Shown: piece after piece, positions 39,160 through 52,793 of the stretch
Layout: each line of letters begins with the position of its first letter
Numbering within the stretch: position 1 is the first letter of the stretch
From: Eledone cirrhosa
Taxonomy: Eukaryota
Length of the DNA stretch: 64,000 nucleotides
Direction of reading: 5' to 3'
Assembly: GCA_964016885.1 (NCBI GenBank)
Contig: OZ024740.1
Span: 290,098,001-290,162,000 of the forward strand
Position numbers and translations under genes: made by a program
The notes under the pieces: model-generated
What the model was told of the DNA's origin: nothing
Seen by the model: only the letters and a program-made list of their open reading frames with translations
The model's database searches: none

Positions 39160-42100
39160 ATGGCTATGCTAAGAGTAGGCTGTTTAAATGCGCGTGGCCT
39201 GGGCTCAACTTGGAAGCAAGCAATGCTTCTAAATGACCTCAGGTCACAACGTATAGATGTGATGGTTATTTGCGAGGCCCGGATCAGCAACGTGCGACAG
39301 CTGGCCCCCACCTTTGATGACTTTGAGATGCACGCATCTCTCTGTCAGCCCGGAGGTGGGGGTGGAGTTGTCGTTCTGCTGCAAAAACATCTGGGTCTCG
39401 CAACACAGATGGTACATTTGGACCCGGAGGGTCGACTAGTGGTTCTGGACCTTGGCAGTGGTAAAGGCGGAGCGTTTAGGTTGGTAGCCGCCTACGGCCC
39501 TTTCGGGTCAATGCGGCCGGACTTCTTCCATCGTCTGGAGACTTTTCTAGGGACGTCCCGCTCCTTGTTATTAGTGGGGGACTGGAATGGTATCCTAGAT
39601 GCACGCTGGGACTACGTAGGGGCCTGCCCCGATAGAGAGGGGTGTAATAGCCTCAAAGGGTTAATCGGTCGATTTGACCTGGCCGATAGATATCGACTAG
39701 ATTTTCCGACTGCGCCAACCTGGACTTGGGCAAATCGTAGCGGATCATCTAGGTCGTACCTAGATAGGTTCTTAGTTAGAATTAAGGATAAGGACTTTTT
39801 AAGTTGTCCAAAAATGCGCATTGTTGGCTATTCAGACCACAAATTAGTGACCTGCATGGTCAACCTCGACAGAACTCATAGACAGGGCCCCGGTTACTGG
39901 AAGCTCAACTTGTCCTTGCCGGCAAGTAGAGCCTACAGGAATCGGATTAGTACGTTAGTTAAGGAACGGTTGACTGGAGCGATCGTCAACAGCAGGTGGT
40001 GGGTATCTCTAAAGAGAGAGATTAGAGTAGTCTCGATAGAATTTAGTAAGGTTCTAGCTGCGGATAGGAATAGGAAGGAAAGGGAGCTAATAGATAGAGT
40101 AGAAGAGGCAATTAGAAGCGGCGACGTGGCCAGAGTGCTAGCGTCGAGAACGGCTTTGAGCCAGTTTTTCGACGCGAAGCACGAAGGCTGCGTTGTCCGA
40201 AGTAAAATACGTGCTCTAGGGAACGAGGGGACCAAAGCTGTTAGCTGGGCCCGCGTGACAGAGGCCAACAGTGGAACTAAATCCACCATCCGGTCTTTGC
40301 GAGACCTGGATGGACGGGCGATTCTTGAGCCTAAGCAGATGTGTGAGGCCTTTCAAAGGCACTTTGCCCGACTGTTCGGGAGGGGCGGGGAGCCGGTTGG
40401 GAACGTGGACTTCGGTCCATACCTCGACGGCCTGCCGCGCCTCTCGGACAGGGAGGCGAAGTCCTGCGAGGAGCCGATTTCGGCCGCTGAGATAGAGGAC
40501 GTGCTGAGCCAATGCGGCAAACGCAAATCCCCGGGTCTCGATGGTCTTCCTTACGAATTATATCTAGCTATGCCGGACTTGTTCCCCGATCTCCTCGAGG
40601 CGGTCTACTGCAACTGGCAACAGAACGGGAGAATTCCCTGTACTGTGACCAAGGGCGTAGTCACGCTAGTGAGGAAGGACGAGAACAAGGGGGACGAAAT
40701 AAGTAACTTCAGGCCCATAACACTGCTAAATACAGAGTTACAGATTTTGGCCAAGGTGCTAGCAAAGAGGTTGGCGCTTGTCGTGGGCAACCTGGTGGGA
40801 GATGCGCAGACATGCGCTATCCCGTCCAGGTCCATCCATGACAACCTCCACCTCATGCGATACATCATAGAGAGGGTTGGGAACGAACCCGGCTTTGGTG
40901 GGGCTCTGATCAACTTGGATCAATCTAAGGCGTTCGATAGGGTCGACCATGGTTACCTGGATGCGGTGCTAGCGGCGGCAGGCTTCGGACCCGTTTTCAG
41001 GGGCTGGATCACTGCTATGCACAGCAGCCGCATCTGCTCTAGGGTCAAGGTGAACGGCTACCTCTCGGAGCCGTTCAAAATCGCGCGGTCCATCCGACAA
41101 GGGTGCCCTCTCTCCTCCCTTCTGTATGTGTTGACTCTCGAGCCACTACTGCGGAAGTTGGAGTTGTTGCAGGGCATCCCTTTGGAACCGGGATTGCGGA
41201 AAGCGGTGTCGGCCTACGCCGATGACGTGACAGTAATGGTGTCGACGGCCTCCGAAATCGAGGCGGTCGGCACCTTACTGGAGGAGTACGAAAAGTTCAC
41301 AGGGGCTAAGCTGAACCGGGACAAGTCGATCGGTTTGCAACTCGGCACGTGGAGGGGCAGACCGATGCCCTCCGATAGCGTCGTCGGACGCTGGACGGAG
41401 GGCCCGGTGAAGTTGCTCGGGGTCTGGTTCGGACCGGACCTCCAGGTGGAGAAAAACTGGGCGGAGGTTACGAACAGGGTGTTTGCACTGACCCAGAAGT
41501 GGGCCAGTTGCAAACTATCCCTGAAAGGTCGGGCGGAGGTGGCGAACACCTACATAGCGTCCGTCATCTACTACCGCCTGACCGTAGTGCCCTGCCCAAG
41601 GGAAACCCTCACCAAGATGGAGCGCGCGCTCTTCCAATTCCTTTGGAAGAGGCGGGCTCCTATGGTGAGGAGATCCATCTGCTGTCAACACCCTTCGAAA
41701 GGAGGGCTGGGGATGCCGTGGCTAATGATGCGTAAACACGCATTAAGGCTACGGCACCTCTACGTATTCCTCACCGGACAACCGGTGTGGGCCTCGTTTG
41801 TGAGACGAACCTTTCCCAGACTCGTCTCACTCACCGAGCTGCAATCCTGGGTCAAGCAAAGACCGAGAAAACTGGGCGCCTGGCACACTGAGTGTGCCCA
41901 GGCGCTCACCGCTCTCTGGCAGGCGGATCCGGTTATCAGTGGAGACTCCACCGCAACATTCTATAGAGGGCTGGTACGCAGCAGGTGCGACGACGCCCTC
42001 GGAGAAGCCCTAGACATGGAGGAGGACGAACTGGCCAGCCTGTTCGGTAGGACATTCAGCCCGGGACCTATGGACAACTTCCAGAAGTCCCTGGCCTGGC

Positions 42101-42597
42101 AGTGCTACCGAGGGGCTCTACCCGTTCGAGAAAGGCTCTACAGACACGGGCGCCCGGGTAGGGACCCCGCCAAAAAGATCTGTCCCAGATGCGTGTGCGA
42201 CGAGGAAACCGTTGCACACGCATTAGTACACTGCTCGGGCGTAGCCGATCTGTGGGGCTATGTCGAACAACTGCTGTCAAGGGTGGGACCGATCCGGTTG
42301 ACCACCGAGTCTATTGTAATGATCAAGCCGCCTCCCCCCTTCAAAGATGAAGCAGAGGCGGTGTTTCTGTGCGTAATAGCCATGGCGAAAGAGGTTGTAT
42401 GGTGGACGCGTCTGAAAGGACTGAGGTCGGGCACCTTTCTCTCTGGCCAACAACTGGTCCGTTTCTTCCGATATCATTTCGGAAGAAGGATCAGGATGGA
42501 GAGAGAGGTGCTGCACCCCAGCCGTTTCTATGAAAGATGGGTGAAAGTGGCGAGAATGGCCCGTGTGAATGGGCCTTCACTCTACATCAGACTATAG
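39160..42597 (+). CDS. LINE ORF2: APE endonuclease, reverse transcriptase, zinc finger (intact)
   Basis: Open frame with all APE/RT motifs (GDWN, SDH, QGCPLS, YADD); ATG at 39160 matches the copy A start context CACCAACATGG. Confidence 0.96.
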   Translation: MAMLRVGCLNARGLGSTWKQAMLLNDLRSQRIDVMVICEARISNVRQLAPTFDDFEMHASLCQPGGGGGVVVLLQKHLGLATQMVHLDPEGRLVVLDLGSGKGGAFRLVAAYGPFGSMRPDFFHRLETFLGTSRSLLLVGDWNGILDARWDYVGACPDREGCNSLKGLIGRFDLADRYRLDFPTAPTWTWANRSGSSRSYLDRFLVRIKDKDFLSCPKMRIVGYSDHKLVTCMVNLDRTHRQGPGYWKLNLSLPASRAYRNRISTLVKERLTGAIVNSRWWVSLKREIRVVSIEFSKVLAADRNRKERELIDRVEEAIRSGDVARVLASRTALSQFFDAKHEGCVVRSKIRALGNEGTKAVSWARVTEANSGTKSTIRSLRDLDGRAILEPKQMCEAFQRHFARLFGRGGEPVGNVDFGPYLDGLPRLSDREAKSCEEPISAAEIEDVLSQCGKRKSPGLDGLPYELYLAMPDLFPDLLEAVYCNWQQNGRIPCTVTKGVVTLVRKDENKGDEISNFRPITLLNTELQILAKVLAKRLALVVGNLVGDAQTCAIPSRSIHDNLHLMRYIIERVGNEPGFGGALINLDQSKAFDRVDHGYLDAVLAAAGFGPVFRGWITAMHSSRICSRVKVNGYLSEPFKIARSIRQGCPLSSLLYVLTLEPLLRKLELLQGIPLEPGLRKAVSAYADDVTVMVSTASEIEAVGTLLEEYEKFTGAKLNRDKSIGLQLGTWRGRPMPSDSVVGRWTEGPVKLLGVWFGPDLQVEKNWAEVTNRVFALTQKWASCKLSLKGRAEVANTYIASVIYYRLTVVPCPRETLTKMERALFQFLWKRRAPMVRRSICCQHPSKGGLGMPWLMMRKHALRLRHLYVFLTGQPVWASFVRRTFPRLVSLTELQSWVKQRPRKLGAWHTECAQALTALWQADPVISGDSTATFYRGLVRSRCDDALGEALDMEEDELASLFGRTFSPGPMDNFQKSLAWQCYRGALPVRERLYRHGRPGRDPAKKICPRCVCDEETVAHALVHCSGVADLWGYVEQLLSRVGPIRLTTESIVMIKPPPPFKDEAEAVFLCVIAMAKEVVWWTRLKGLRSGTFLSGQQLVRFFRYHFGRRIRMEREVLHPSRFYERWVKVARMARVNGPSLYIRL

Positions 42598-42861
42598 GTG
42601 AGGAAGATGAAAGACCAAGGGAGCACCCCTTCTCTGTGCTCCTGAGGAGAAGGGTTGCACACTTTTTTCGGGGGTGTGTGCGACCCCCCAAGGCGCCTCC
42701 TCTCTATTGAGGATTTTGTTAAAAATTTTATTTTTTGTTATATCTTATTTTATTTTTATATTTTGTTATTGCCTTCTCCTTATTGAGGACGCCTTTTTGT
42801 GTAAACTCCCCCCATTGTACTTGTCCCACTTTTGATGCCCTAGTGGCAAATAAAAGAAATA

Positions 42862-42893
<32 letters not shown>

Positions 42894-43894
42894 AATCGAT
42901 CTCTTCTCCTTCCCGCTATGTTTGTGAGTGTATGTGTGTGTGTGTGTGTGTATGTATTTCATAAGTAATGAACATGAATACATATCCGGACCTAAAATTT
43001 TAGTAATTACTCATTTCTTTTGAAATTGATGTTGACTACATTTTACCATACGGTCTTTTGTACAAAACCTTTAGTTCTGGATATATAATCTTGTTTACCT
43101 TATATATGACAAGCATATATTAGACTCTATGTACTTCTATTACAATGCTTTATTGAGCACTCTGTTGTTTCTTCTTTTTTAATACAGATTAGACAAAAAC
43201 AATATTAGAGCTGCGTAGAATCTGATCAATGATTAAATGTCGAAGTTATTGTGAATACAATCATCATTTTTCGGTCTGTTAACCTCAGATTTAGAGGAGA
43301 TTAATATTTTAATATTTAATTTTATAGTTTGTTTCTAACGCTTTTGTTTTTTTCGTCGATCGTTATCAGGTGTCTTATTTCTGCATGTTGAATCTCAAAA
43401 CAATGTCTAATAAAGTTCATATCCAATATACCACTGACGCATGTACAATTGATGCTTCATTTCTAGGTTATTTAATATTTTTTTTAGTAAAAGCAGATAT
43501 GTTGAGCTAATGTTAGTGCTGGTCTTACTGGCTTGGTTTTCAGCAAGCGCGATATGTAGTGTTTGCTTGATATTTGAAAGTTCCCATCATTGTTCTCTAT
43601 TAATTATTGAAATTTTAATCCACGGTGGAATATGATTCCCTTTCTCGCATCATATATTTTTAGCCATTCCTGACATCGGTGTTTTTCCACGCACCAAGAG
43701 ATGAAATCAATAGAAACATAGTAAAGGTATAAATATTAAAACATTTTTCATTTATGAAGATGAAGTTAATAGCCCTGAAATGATAATCGTATTCTGATAT
43801 GTTTGTCATATGTAAAGTTTACCAGGATTATAAATACGCACCTAAAGGAGTTCGAGATGTGACTATTCTTCAAATAAAGTGTATCTGTAGTTGT

Positions 43895-44186
43895 AATGGC
43901 ACTCCGTCGGTTACGAAGACGAGTATTCTTATTGATACGATCAACCGAACAGCTTGCTCGTGGAATTAACGTGCAAGTGACTGAGTATTCCGCATAGATT
44001 TAACGTAGTTCTCAGGGGATTCAGCGTGACACAGAATGTGACAAGGCTGGCCCTTCAAATTACAATCCTTTTTGCCAGCTGAGTGGACTGGAACAACGTG
44101 AAATAAAGTGTCTTGCTCAAGGACTCAGCACGCCACCGACAATCGAACTCACAACCTTAGGATCGTGAGCCAAGTACCCTAACCAC
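43895..44186 (-). mobile_element. Older tRNA-headed SINE-like repeat
   Basis: Minus-strand tRNA-like head (GAGTTCGATT) and similarity to 9560-10080. Confidence 0.6.
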
Positions 44187-44191
44187 AAAGG

Positions 44192-44382
44192 CGGACCTGC
44201 CAACCTCTAAATTCCAAACGGGGAGCATGAAAAAAAGTGCCCCCATAACGGGGAGAAATGATGAAAATGGGGAGATTTTACACAATGAAAGCTAAACCCA
44301 TTTTCACAAGATAAGACATCTCTCAGCCACACCAAAGTGGCTGAAAGATCTCCCTGTCGGATGGAGAGAGTTGACAGGTGTG
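44192..44382. mobile_element. MITE, inverted homolog of 30689-30883
   Basis: CGGACCTGCCAAC / GTTGACAGGTGTG termini and internal similarity. Confidence 0.7.
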
Positions 44383-45060
44383 TTGAAGTGTACCAATGAC
44401 TACGCTATTTAATGTGAGCTACATTTTTTAACATAGTAGAATGTGAGTCGATGGGAATTGTGGCTGCTATTTCTAGCAAAATTAAAGGATAACGCAAAGA
44501 ACCTTAATTGGTTCGTTGTAGAAATTGAACAATTAGAGAAACTAGAAGATGAATTTCACCGATGATACGGGTACATGAGCACACACAAACACAAAAGTGA
44601 ACATAAGAATCCTGAAACCTGAAACCTGAAACCTGAAAGAAACCTGAACTCAACTCATGAACGATACCCTACCCAACAACCATAACTTGTGCAATATCTG
44701 AGCAAATGGTGACTTTAAGCACTTGCATATTCCATCACTATCCTTCCTGATTCATTCTGATCAAGAAAGGCAAAGCCGAAAATTTTTTAATTAATTAAAT
44801 ACTGGACATAAGTGGTCAGTAAGTCTTATCTGTGGCAAGTACAAATATAGTCTTGCGAAAAATATACTCAGCGAAAAATATAGTCTTGCAAGTACTTATC
44901 AGGCACAAGGTTAAAACAATATTTTGAGTGTTAAAACAATATGTTGAGAGTTAAAACAATATTTTGAGTGAATAAACCACTGATATTCGTGATAACTTAA
45001 AATATGACTTGGGAAATTCACTCAGAAGCACCTTCGTTTTATAAAGAAATTGCTTAGTGA

Positions 45061-46400
45061 TTGTCGACCATAGGAGAATGCTTGGAGGCCAAGCATGCAA
45101 GATCTGTCCGAATGGTAGAGAGGCTGTGTCTCATTGACGCTCACTCGGCGCTCTACCACTTAAGGAACTGCTTCTCCCTCCCTAAATTTATGTTCACGTT
45201 GTGTGGTGCACATTGTTACCCCCACGCAAATCTTTTTAGTGAACTCGATGCTACCATCCGTCGCTGTGCGGAACTCATCTTCAATATAAGTTTCGACAGC
45301 CCCGGCTAACAACAGGTGAAGCTGCTAGCGAGGTTTGACGGCCTAGTCCTCCGATCCACTTCGGATCTGGTACTACTGGCATACCTTTTCTCAATCTCCT
45401 CCAGTTGCGTTCTCGTCAGTGTGGTTGTCAGCCAGACTGCCAAACATTAAGTGGGCTTAGAGCTTGAATAGGCTCTGGCCAACTGGACAGGCGAAGGCCG
45501 CTCTGTCCTCCAGTATACAAATGTCCAACGCCACTGGGACGACATCAAATGCAGGTTTTCTTTCAGTCGGATCCAGCCAGGCTTGGACCAACACCGCCTC
45601 GGTTGCGTCCGCTCCGCTTCACAGCCAAACAGCGGCGCGTGGCTCAATTCGGTGCCTTCCCCATAAACTGGTATTCTTCTTGATGACGAGTGTACTCGCA
45701 TCGGAGTGGTACAACACCTTGGCCTCGGCGTGTGTGAGCCACATAAATGCCGTTTCGGTGTGGTCGTTGGCAAGTTCGACATGCATCCATTGTTTTGTCG
45801 CCAGAGTGCAGGCCGGGACTCCCGATAGGCCGCTCTCAACGACATATTGAGAAGGAGTCTGGATGCAGCTGGCTTCCCATCACAACTGGAGCCAGCAGGC
45901 CTTGACCCCGGAGACGGCAAGCACCCCGATGGAATCACACTCTTCCCATTCGAAGGAGCTAGATACCTTATCTGGGACGCCGCATGATGTGGCACGTTCT
46001 CCGCCTCCAACCTAGTCGCTTCGGCCACTAACCCCGGTACCACGACCCGCTATATAGAGGAAAGGAAGATAAACAAATACCGGGGATTGTCCGGCCGCTT
46101 ACTCTTCGCACTGGTTGCCATCGAGATCTCGGGCGTACTTGGACCTTGTACTGCCGAGCTCCACCACATAATCGGAACGTCGGCGGTTCGTTTGAGGAAG
46201 GAGTCCCGCGGTTGGGGTGGCTGTTGCAGCGGGTGTTGCTGGCCATTGTCCACGGAAATGTCTTTGTGGTCCTGTCCGCGGGGTGCAGCCCCTCTACCAC
46301 CGCTCCCTAGGACCAGAGCCCAATCACCCTCCCCTTCACCCTCCTCATTCTTCTGTGACACAAGAGCTCTTGCCTTTCCCTTCCTTTTCCAATTTAAAAA
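45061..46400 (+). pseudogene. Decayed CRE-clade (RLE-type) LINE, 3' portion
   Basis: Translated pieces [59 protein letters not shown] match CRE-type thumb, zinc and PD-(D/E)xK regions; several stops. Confidence 0.8.
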
Positions 46401-46728
46401 TATTTTCTGAGTTAACCGTGCAACAAATTTTTAATCAGGGAGCAATGAAGATTGTGTATGTTAAAGCATCATTCCCATAATCCCTTACTCCATTTACAGA
46501 AGATGAAACCAAGAAGATCTAGAAGCGTTAATAGACTTGGGAACGTTGTTGTTCCAAACCAAACATAATGTACTGATAAGAAAATGTGAGGAAAAAACCA
46601 TTAATAAAGATTAAACATTAACATAGTGCCCTCTTCAATATAACATGTTTGAAAGAAACGCTGTTCCCATTACACACTTGCACCACACACACACACACAC
46701 GCGCATATATATATATATATATAATATA

Positions 46729-46779
<51 letters not shown>

Positions 46780-47542
46780 ATATATATATCATATTATATT
46801 ATATATATATATATATATGCGTGTGTGTGTAGTGCAAGAGTGTAATGGGAATACACGCTCACACGCACACACGCACACACACGAACAAATATATATATAT
46901 ATAATTATATATATACACATATATATATATATTTATATATATATATATATATCGCATATACACACAAGCACGCACATATTAACACACATAAACACGCAAG
47001 ATAATGATGTTTGCTGGTGCATAGATGTTTACTAACAAGGACAATTAAAATATATACTCTGTCAGTTACTGCATCATCATTGGCTACAACAACAACAACA
47101 AAAAACAACTATACAAACAAAACTCACAAGAAAATATAGTGTAAATAGTTTGGTGTATTGTGTAATGTGAATGTGACTAAAACAGCTGCTTGTATTAGTG
47201 CCTGTGACAATAACAGTAGAGCCATGACAATACCCGAAAAGCTTAGCAAACGTGTGTAAATGACAATCGTCACATCGGTCTGGTCTCTTTCTAAATATTA
47301 TCATGTGATGATGGCGGGGAAGATGATAGTGTTGAAGTGATGGTGGTTATGATAATGGAAGTGACGGTGATGGTGGTTGATAAAGGAAGTGACGGTGATG
47401 GTGACTGTAGTTGTAGTGGAGATCAGCGAAATTGTAATGATGATTACTATATTAACAGAGCCTAATCATATATATACATACATACATACATTTTCACACA
47501 CACACACAGATACATACATACATTTTCACACACAGACACACA

Positions 47543-47679
<137 letters not shown>

Positions 47680-48139
47680 GTAGAATAATGGGAAAAACTC
47701 AACGCAAAGAAGCTGTCTATGACGGCGTCGGGTAAAATTTACCTCCAAGGATAGAAATCAGCGGCTAGGTGAAGAAATGATAGAAGAAAGGGAAAAGGGA
47801 ATAAAATAGACGCGAGAAAATCACACAAACCTTTAGATACTTTCATCAGCTTTCAGACCACCTGTTGTTTCGATGATTTAACTAAAAGTACTACGTAAAC
47901 TAGGCGGTTCCTACAACAGAGAATTAAATATCTCTGTTAGTATGATGTATGTGCGAGAAACGAAAAGATTAGATAGATAGACAGACAGGTTAGATAGAGA
48001 GATAAATAAAGTGCGTCCACTCGGATAATGCAAACCAGACGATTTGCGCCTCGAACAACCGCTTAAAGATTGCTGTATCTCGGCTGATGTTATCGGTTTT
48101 TCACAGCACTCCGAATTCCCCTGTCAACTGTTGCTTACC

Positions 48140-48790
48140 TATGTACAAATTCGCCTTCTGTAGGCTTAACGCGCGGGGAATGACGCGTTAAACTTCCAGT
48201 AACTGTCTACGTGTTTTATCTAGATCGACCATGCAGATCTTAAAGGTCTGGATAAGCGACCGCTTTCAGCTGTGGAAAGCCTACGCCATCCCTATCTGCT
48301 AACCCAATGAAGAACCTATTCAAAAACAATCTAGGTGGCTCGGTGCCATTGGTCTTGGTCCACACTTACGTATTTGGGAAATCTAGTCGGTACAGGTCAG
48401 ACAGGCGGAATTGTCTGATTAATCTCTTAAGGCTTTCGCACTTCCCGCATCTATCAGCTACACCCACACATCAGTTTCAGTTTCCCACTAACTAGAAAAG
48501 CTTCCAGACGCCTGAAGTAATCCGGCTGAGCTTCACCAGTCGGGGCATAGACGCCCACCAGTTTAAAAATACCACCTTCAGTATTACTCATATCTAGGAC
48601 TACCAAATTACTGTCTGGATTCAGGAAGATCGACCGTACCTTGAGATTGAGATCATTCCTAAACAGCACTGCAATTCTGCCTTCCATTCCAGGCCAACTA
48701 AGAGATTCTTAAATTTCAAAGAATGGGTTAGTGCGTGCATGACGGAAATCCTGATCTCGCTGATGGGTGTCACATCTATCGTTAATAATC
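48140..48790 (-). pseudogene. Decayed Tx1-type APE endonuclease fragment
   Basis: ORF 48454-48687 (LVVLD..GGIFKLVGVYAPTG..DYFRRLEAFL) aligns to the ORF2 N-terminus of the intact LINEs. Confidence 0.85.
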
Positions 48791-49021
48791 ATATGTTGTG
48801 TGAATTTATACAACATACTTTTAAAATTACTATGTTGCCTGGAAAGAGTTAACAGAAATAAGGGGGCTACTTAACATCTCGGCGCGTTGGAGACCGGGTG
48901 CTTCGATCTCCATATCTGGCTGGGCTCCTTTGGGAACCTCTTTAAAAGCCAACTGGTGGCTTTTACATTAGCGGTTCCCTAATGTTTTTGTATGTTACAA
49001 GAGTAATCGCATTATTAATCA

Positions 49022-49310
49022 TGACTTTGCCTTTCATTCTTACGGGGTCGATAAAATAAAGTACCAGTAATGCACTGGATAATTGCTGGCCTTGTGCCTA
49101 AAGTAGAAACAATTATTAATCATTGGATTGGCAGTATCGGTAGAGGGTCGGATGCCATGCTTTGAAGCATAGAGTTACCTCCCTGTATGATCTGAGTTCA
49201 AATCCCGCCGAGGTTAACTTTGCCTTTCATCCTTCCGGGGACGATACAATAAAGTACCAGTAATGCACTGGGTAATTTGCTGGTCTTGTGCCAAAAGTAG
49301 AAACAATTAT
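49022..49310 (+). mobile_element. Tandem SINE pair
   Basis: Truncated plus near-full SINE; ATTATTAATCAT repeated around the first. Confidence 0.85.
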
Positions 49311-50078
49311 CAATGTTTGTGGCACTTTAAATGTGTTGGTGGCAAAACTATCTCCTTCTCTCTCAACATCATCCTTCGTGCTATGGGGACCATCAATACC
49401 TCGATGGCACTCCACACTAGCACAAGGTTTGGTGTTTGTGCGGTGAGTTGTGTGCGTTTTCTTTTTGTAGGTAGTTGAGGTTGTCGTAGTGGTGATGGTG
49501 ATGGTGCTGGTGGCGGTGGCTAGTCTCACCGCCACACAGATGGCAACCAAGCTTACTGCCATCAACCATGGCATGAAACTCTCCTCCTTCCAGAAAGAAA
49601 AGAGAATGAGTCTGGCATCTTGTGGATGTCATCTGGTCTGATGTGGAGTGGCACCGCCACACTGATTCATGACCAGTTTCCTCATTAGGTTCGTTTCACT
49701 TCAAGGAGGGTATTACATCCTCCTAGGATGACGTGGATTTCAGCTCTAAGTGTGATCCTTGATATTCGAACCATTACCGTCCTTCTATCTAAATACGATG
49801 GTTAGAGAACTTACTTATCATTCATGGAACAAAACAAGAAAAATCATCATCAGCATACACAATATTAACAATATAACTAACGCCATCAATATCACTCCAA
49901 CCATTATCATAATATCCCCACCACCACTACCACCAACACCACCTTTAATTCCCTGTTGCTGTTTACCTTTTTCTTTTTGTCGGTCTGTCTGTTTCTATGC
50001 ACGTAGGTACGCAAGTATCTATGTAAGTATGTATTTATGTAGGTAGGTAGGGAGGTTGGTGGGTACATGCATATATTT

Positions 50079-50157
<79 letters not shown>

Positions 50158-50197
50158 TGTGTATATATATATATATTTATGTATATATATATATATA

Positions 50198-50581
<384 letters not shown>

Positions 50582-51183
50582 AGCGGGTAGGTAAGTGTAT
50601 ATTGCTACTACGCATCTGTATTTCGGTTCTAGTAAAAAGAACAGCATTGCTGTAGAAATATTGTCGCATACATCACGTTTGCTGTCCGTTGGTCATGATG
50701 CTACTACACATGTGCACCTCATATATTTCTATGTATATATGGTGCAGATATATTTTCATCACCTAAAGCACATATATAAATATATACATACATACATACA
50801 TACAAATATTCATACAAACATACATACATATATACATACAAACATTCATACAAACATACATACATATATTCATACATACATACATACATATATGTGTGTG
50901 CCTGGGTGTCTGTGCGTGTATGTATACTTACATATATATATATACTAATACAATTTGGCTTCATGCCTACGCAAGAAATTGTACCTGGACAGACACACAT
51001 ACATGTATAATGGATATATGTGTGAGATAAATGAGTACATTTATATATATGTGTGTGTGTGTCTGTGTGTGTATGTATGTCTTTGTATACATCCACACAT
51101 AACATATCTATATATACTGTAATATATATATATATATAGAGAGAGGGGGAGAGGGGGGTGAAAAGGGAGAGAGAGATTGAGAA

Positions 51184-51400
51184 GGAGGTAAAACGACATT
51201 AAGCGGTTTCGGCTAGTATTCAAAAAACTATTTTAAGGGTGTAATGGGGGGTACACCCTTAAAATGCTTTCTGAATACAAGGCGAAACCGCTTCGCGTTG
51301 CGGTTGACTTTTTACCTTCCTCTATACCAACTCTGCTTCTTCCCATACATAGAGTACTCTCCTGATTTGTAGTCTGTACCTGGTTTCAGCTCCGCAGACT
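51184..51400 (+). mobile_element. Fold-back element with degenerate hammerhead and tail
   Basis: Arms ~51184-51243/51252-51321; CTTAAAA..GC-GAAA-CCGC..GCGG-TT; tail homologous to 63430-63500 (minus). Confidence 0.65.
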
Positions 51401-51542
51401 ATCTCTCACTCTCACTCTCTCCCCCCTCTCTCTCACTCACTCTCTCTCCACCTCTCTCTGTCTTTCTCCCCCTCTCTCTACTTTCTCACTCTCTTCCCTT
51501 CTCCCTGTCTTTCTCCCTCTCTCTCACTCTCTTTCTCCCCCT

Positions 51543-51574
<32 letters not shown>

Positions 51575-51607
51575 TCTCTCTCTATATATATATATATGTG
51601 TGTGTTG

Positions 51608-51693
<86 letters not shown>

Positions 51694-51765
51694 GCAGATC
51701 TCCAGTATCCAGATGTACGTGTTTGAATGTGTGCCTGCGTAACGGAGAGAGAGAATGAGCGGTAG

Positions 51766-51843
<78 letters not shown>

Positions 51844-52460
51844 GAGAGAGAAAGAGAGAGAGAGGTGGGGGTGAGAGAGTTTGTTGTGTTTGAGTATATG
51901 TATATATATGTATGTTGTGTTTGTTCTGAACTAGTGGAAGTATAAATTTGTGCGTATCTGCTTTTGAGTGTAGGTGTGGATGTATGTCTGTGTGCATGTG
52001 TATGTATGTGTGTGTGTGTGTGTATGTGTGTGTTTGTGTGTGTATATGTGTGGTTAATACACAGTAATTTATTACCTCTGTCTATATGTGTACGAAGGCG
52101 GCGATTTTGCAGTCATTAGACCGTCAGATAGAATATTTTGCAGTATTAATCTCGTCTCTCTGCGACATGTTCAAATTGCGGAGAGGTCAACCTGGCCTTT
52201 CAATGTTGTTAAACAAAGTACGAATTCAATACTGGCGTCAATTCTCTGTATCTTTTTCTCACTTCATCTTCCTCACCCACTCTTTCTCTTTCTCTTTCTG
52301 GGAGAAATATGGTGATGGGATCCCCCACGGTTAAAATGCCATTGAAATGTACGTATGTCCTTACCGTGTCCTTATGATTCCATCGGGAGTTACAGGGAAA
52401 AATACTGTGTACTTGTGTAAAGTACGTACCCATGTGTGTATATTACTGGAGGAGGATCAA

Positions 52461-52515
52461 TTCTTCTTCTTCTTCTTCTTCTTCTTCTTCTTCTTCTTCT
52501 TCTTCTTCTTCTTCT

Positions 52516-52556
<41 letters not shown>

Positions 52557-52668
52557 TTCTTCTTCTTCTTCTTCTTCTTCTTCTTCTTCTTCTTCTTCTT
52601 CTTCGTCGTCGTCGTATTCTTCTTCTTCTTCTTCTTCTTCTTCTTCTTCTTCTTCTTCTTCTTCTTCT

Positions 52669-52700
<32 letters not shown>

Positions 52701-52755
52701 TTCTTCTTCTTCTTCTTCTTCTTCTTCTTCTTCTTCTTCTTCTTCTTCTTCTTCT

Positions 52756-52793
<38 letters not shown>

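Larger units (their letters stand above)
37139..42859 (+). mobile_element. Full-length L1/Tx1-type LINE, copy B
   Basis: Same organisation as copy A; ends AATAAAAGAAA followed by (TATC)n. Confidence 0.93.

Noticed and set aside
34211-42516. Antisense and alternative-frame ORFs inside LINE ORF2s, similar in both copies
   Set aside because: Expected shadows of GC-rich homologous coding sequence.
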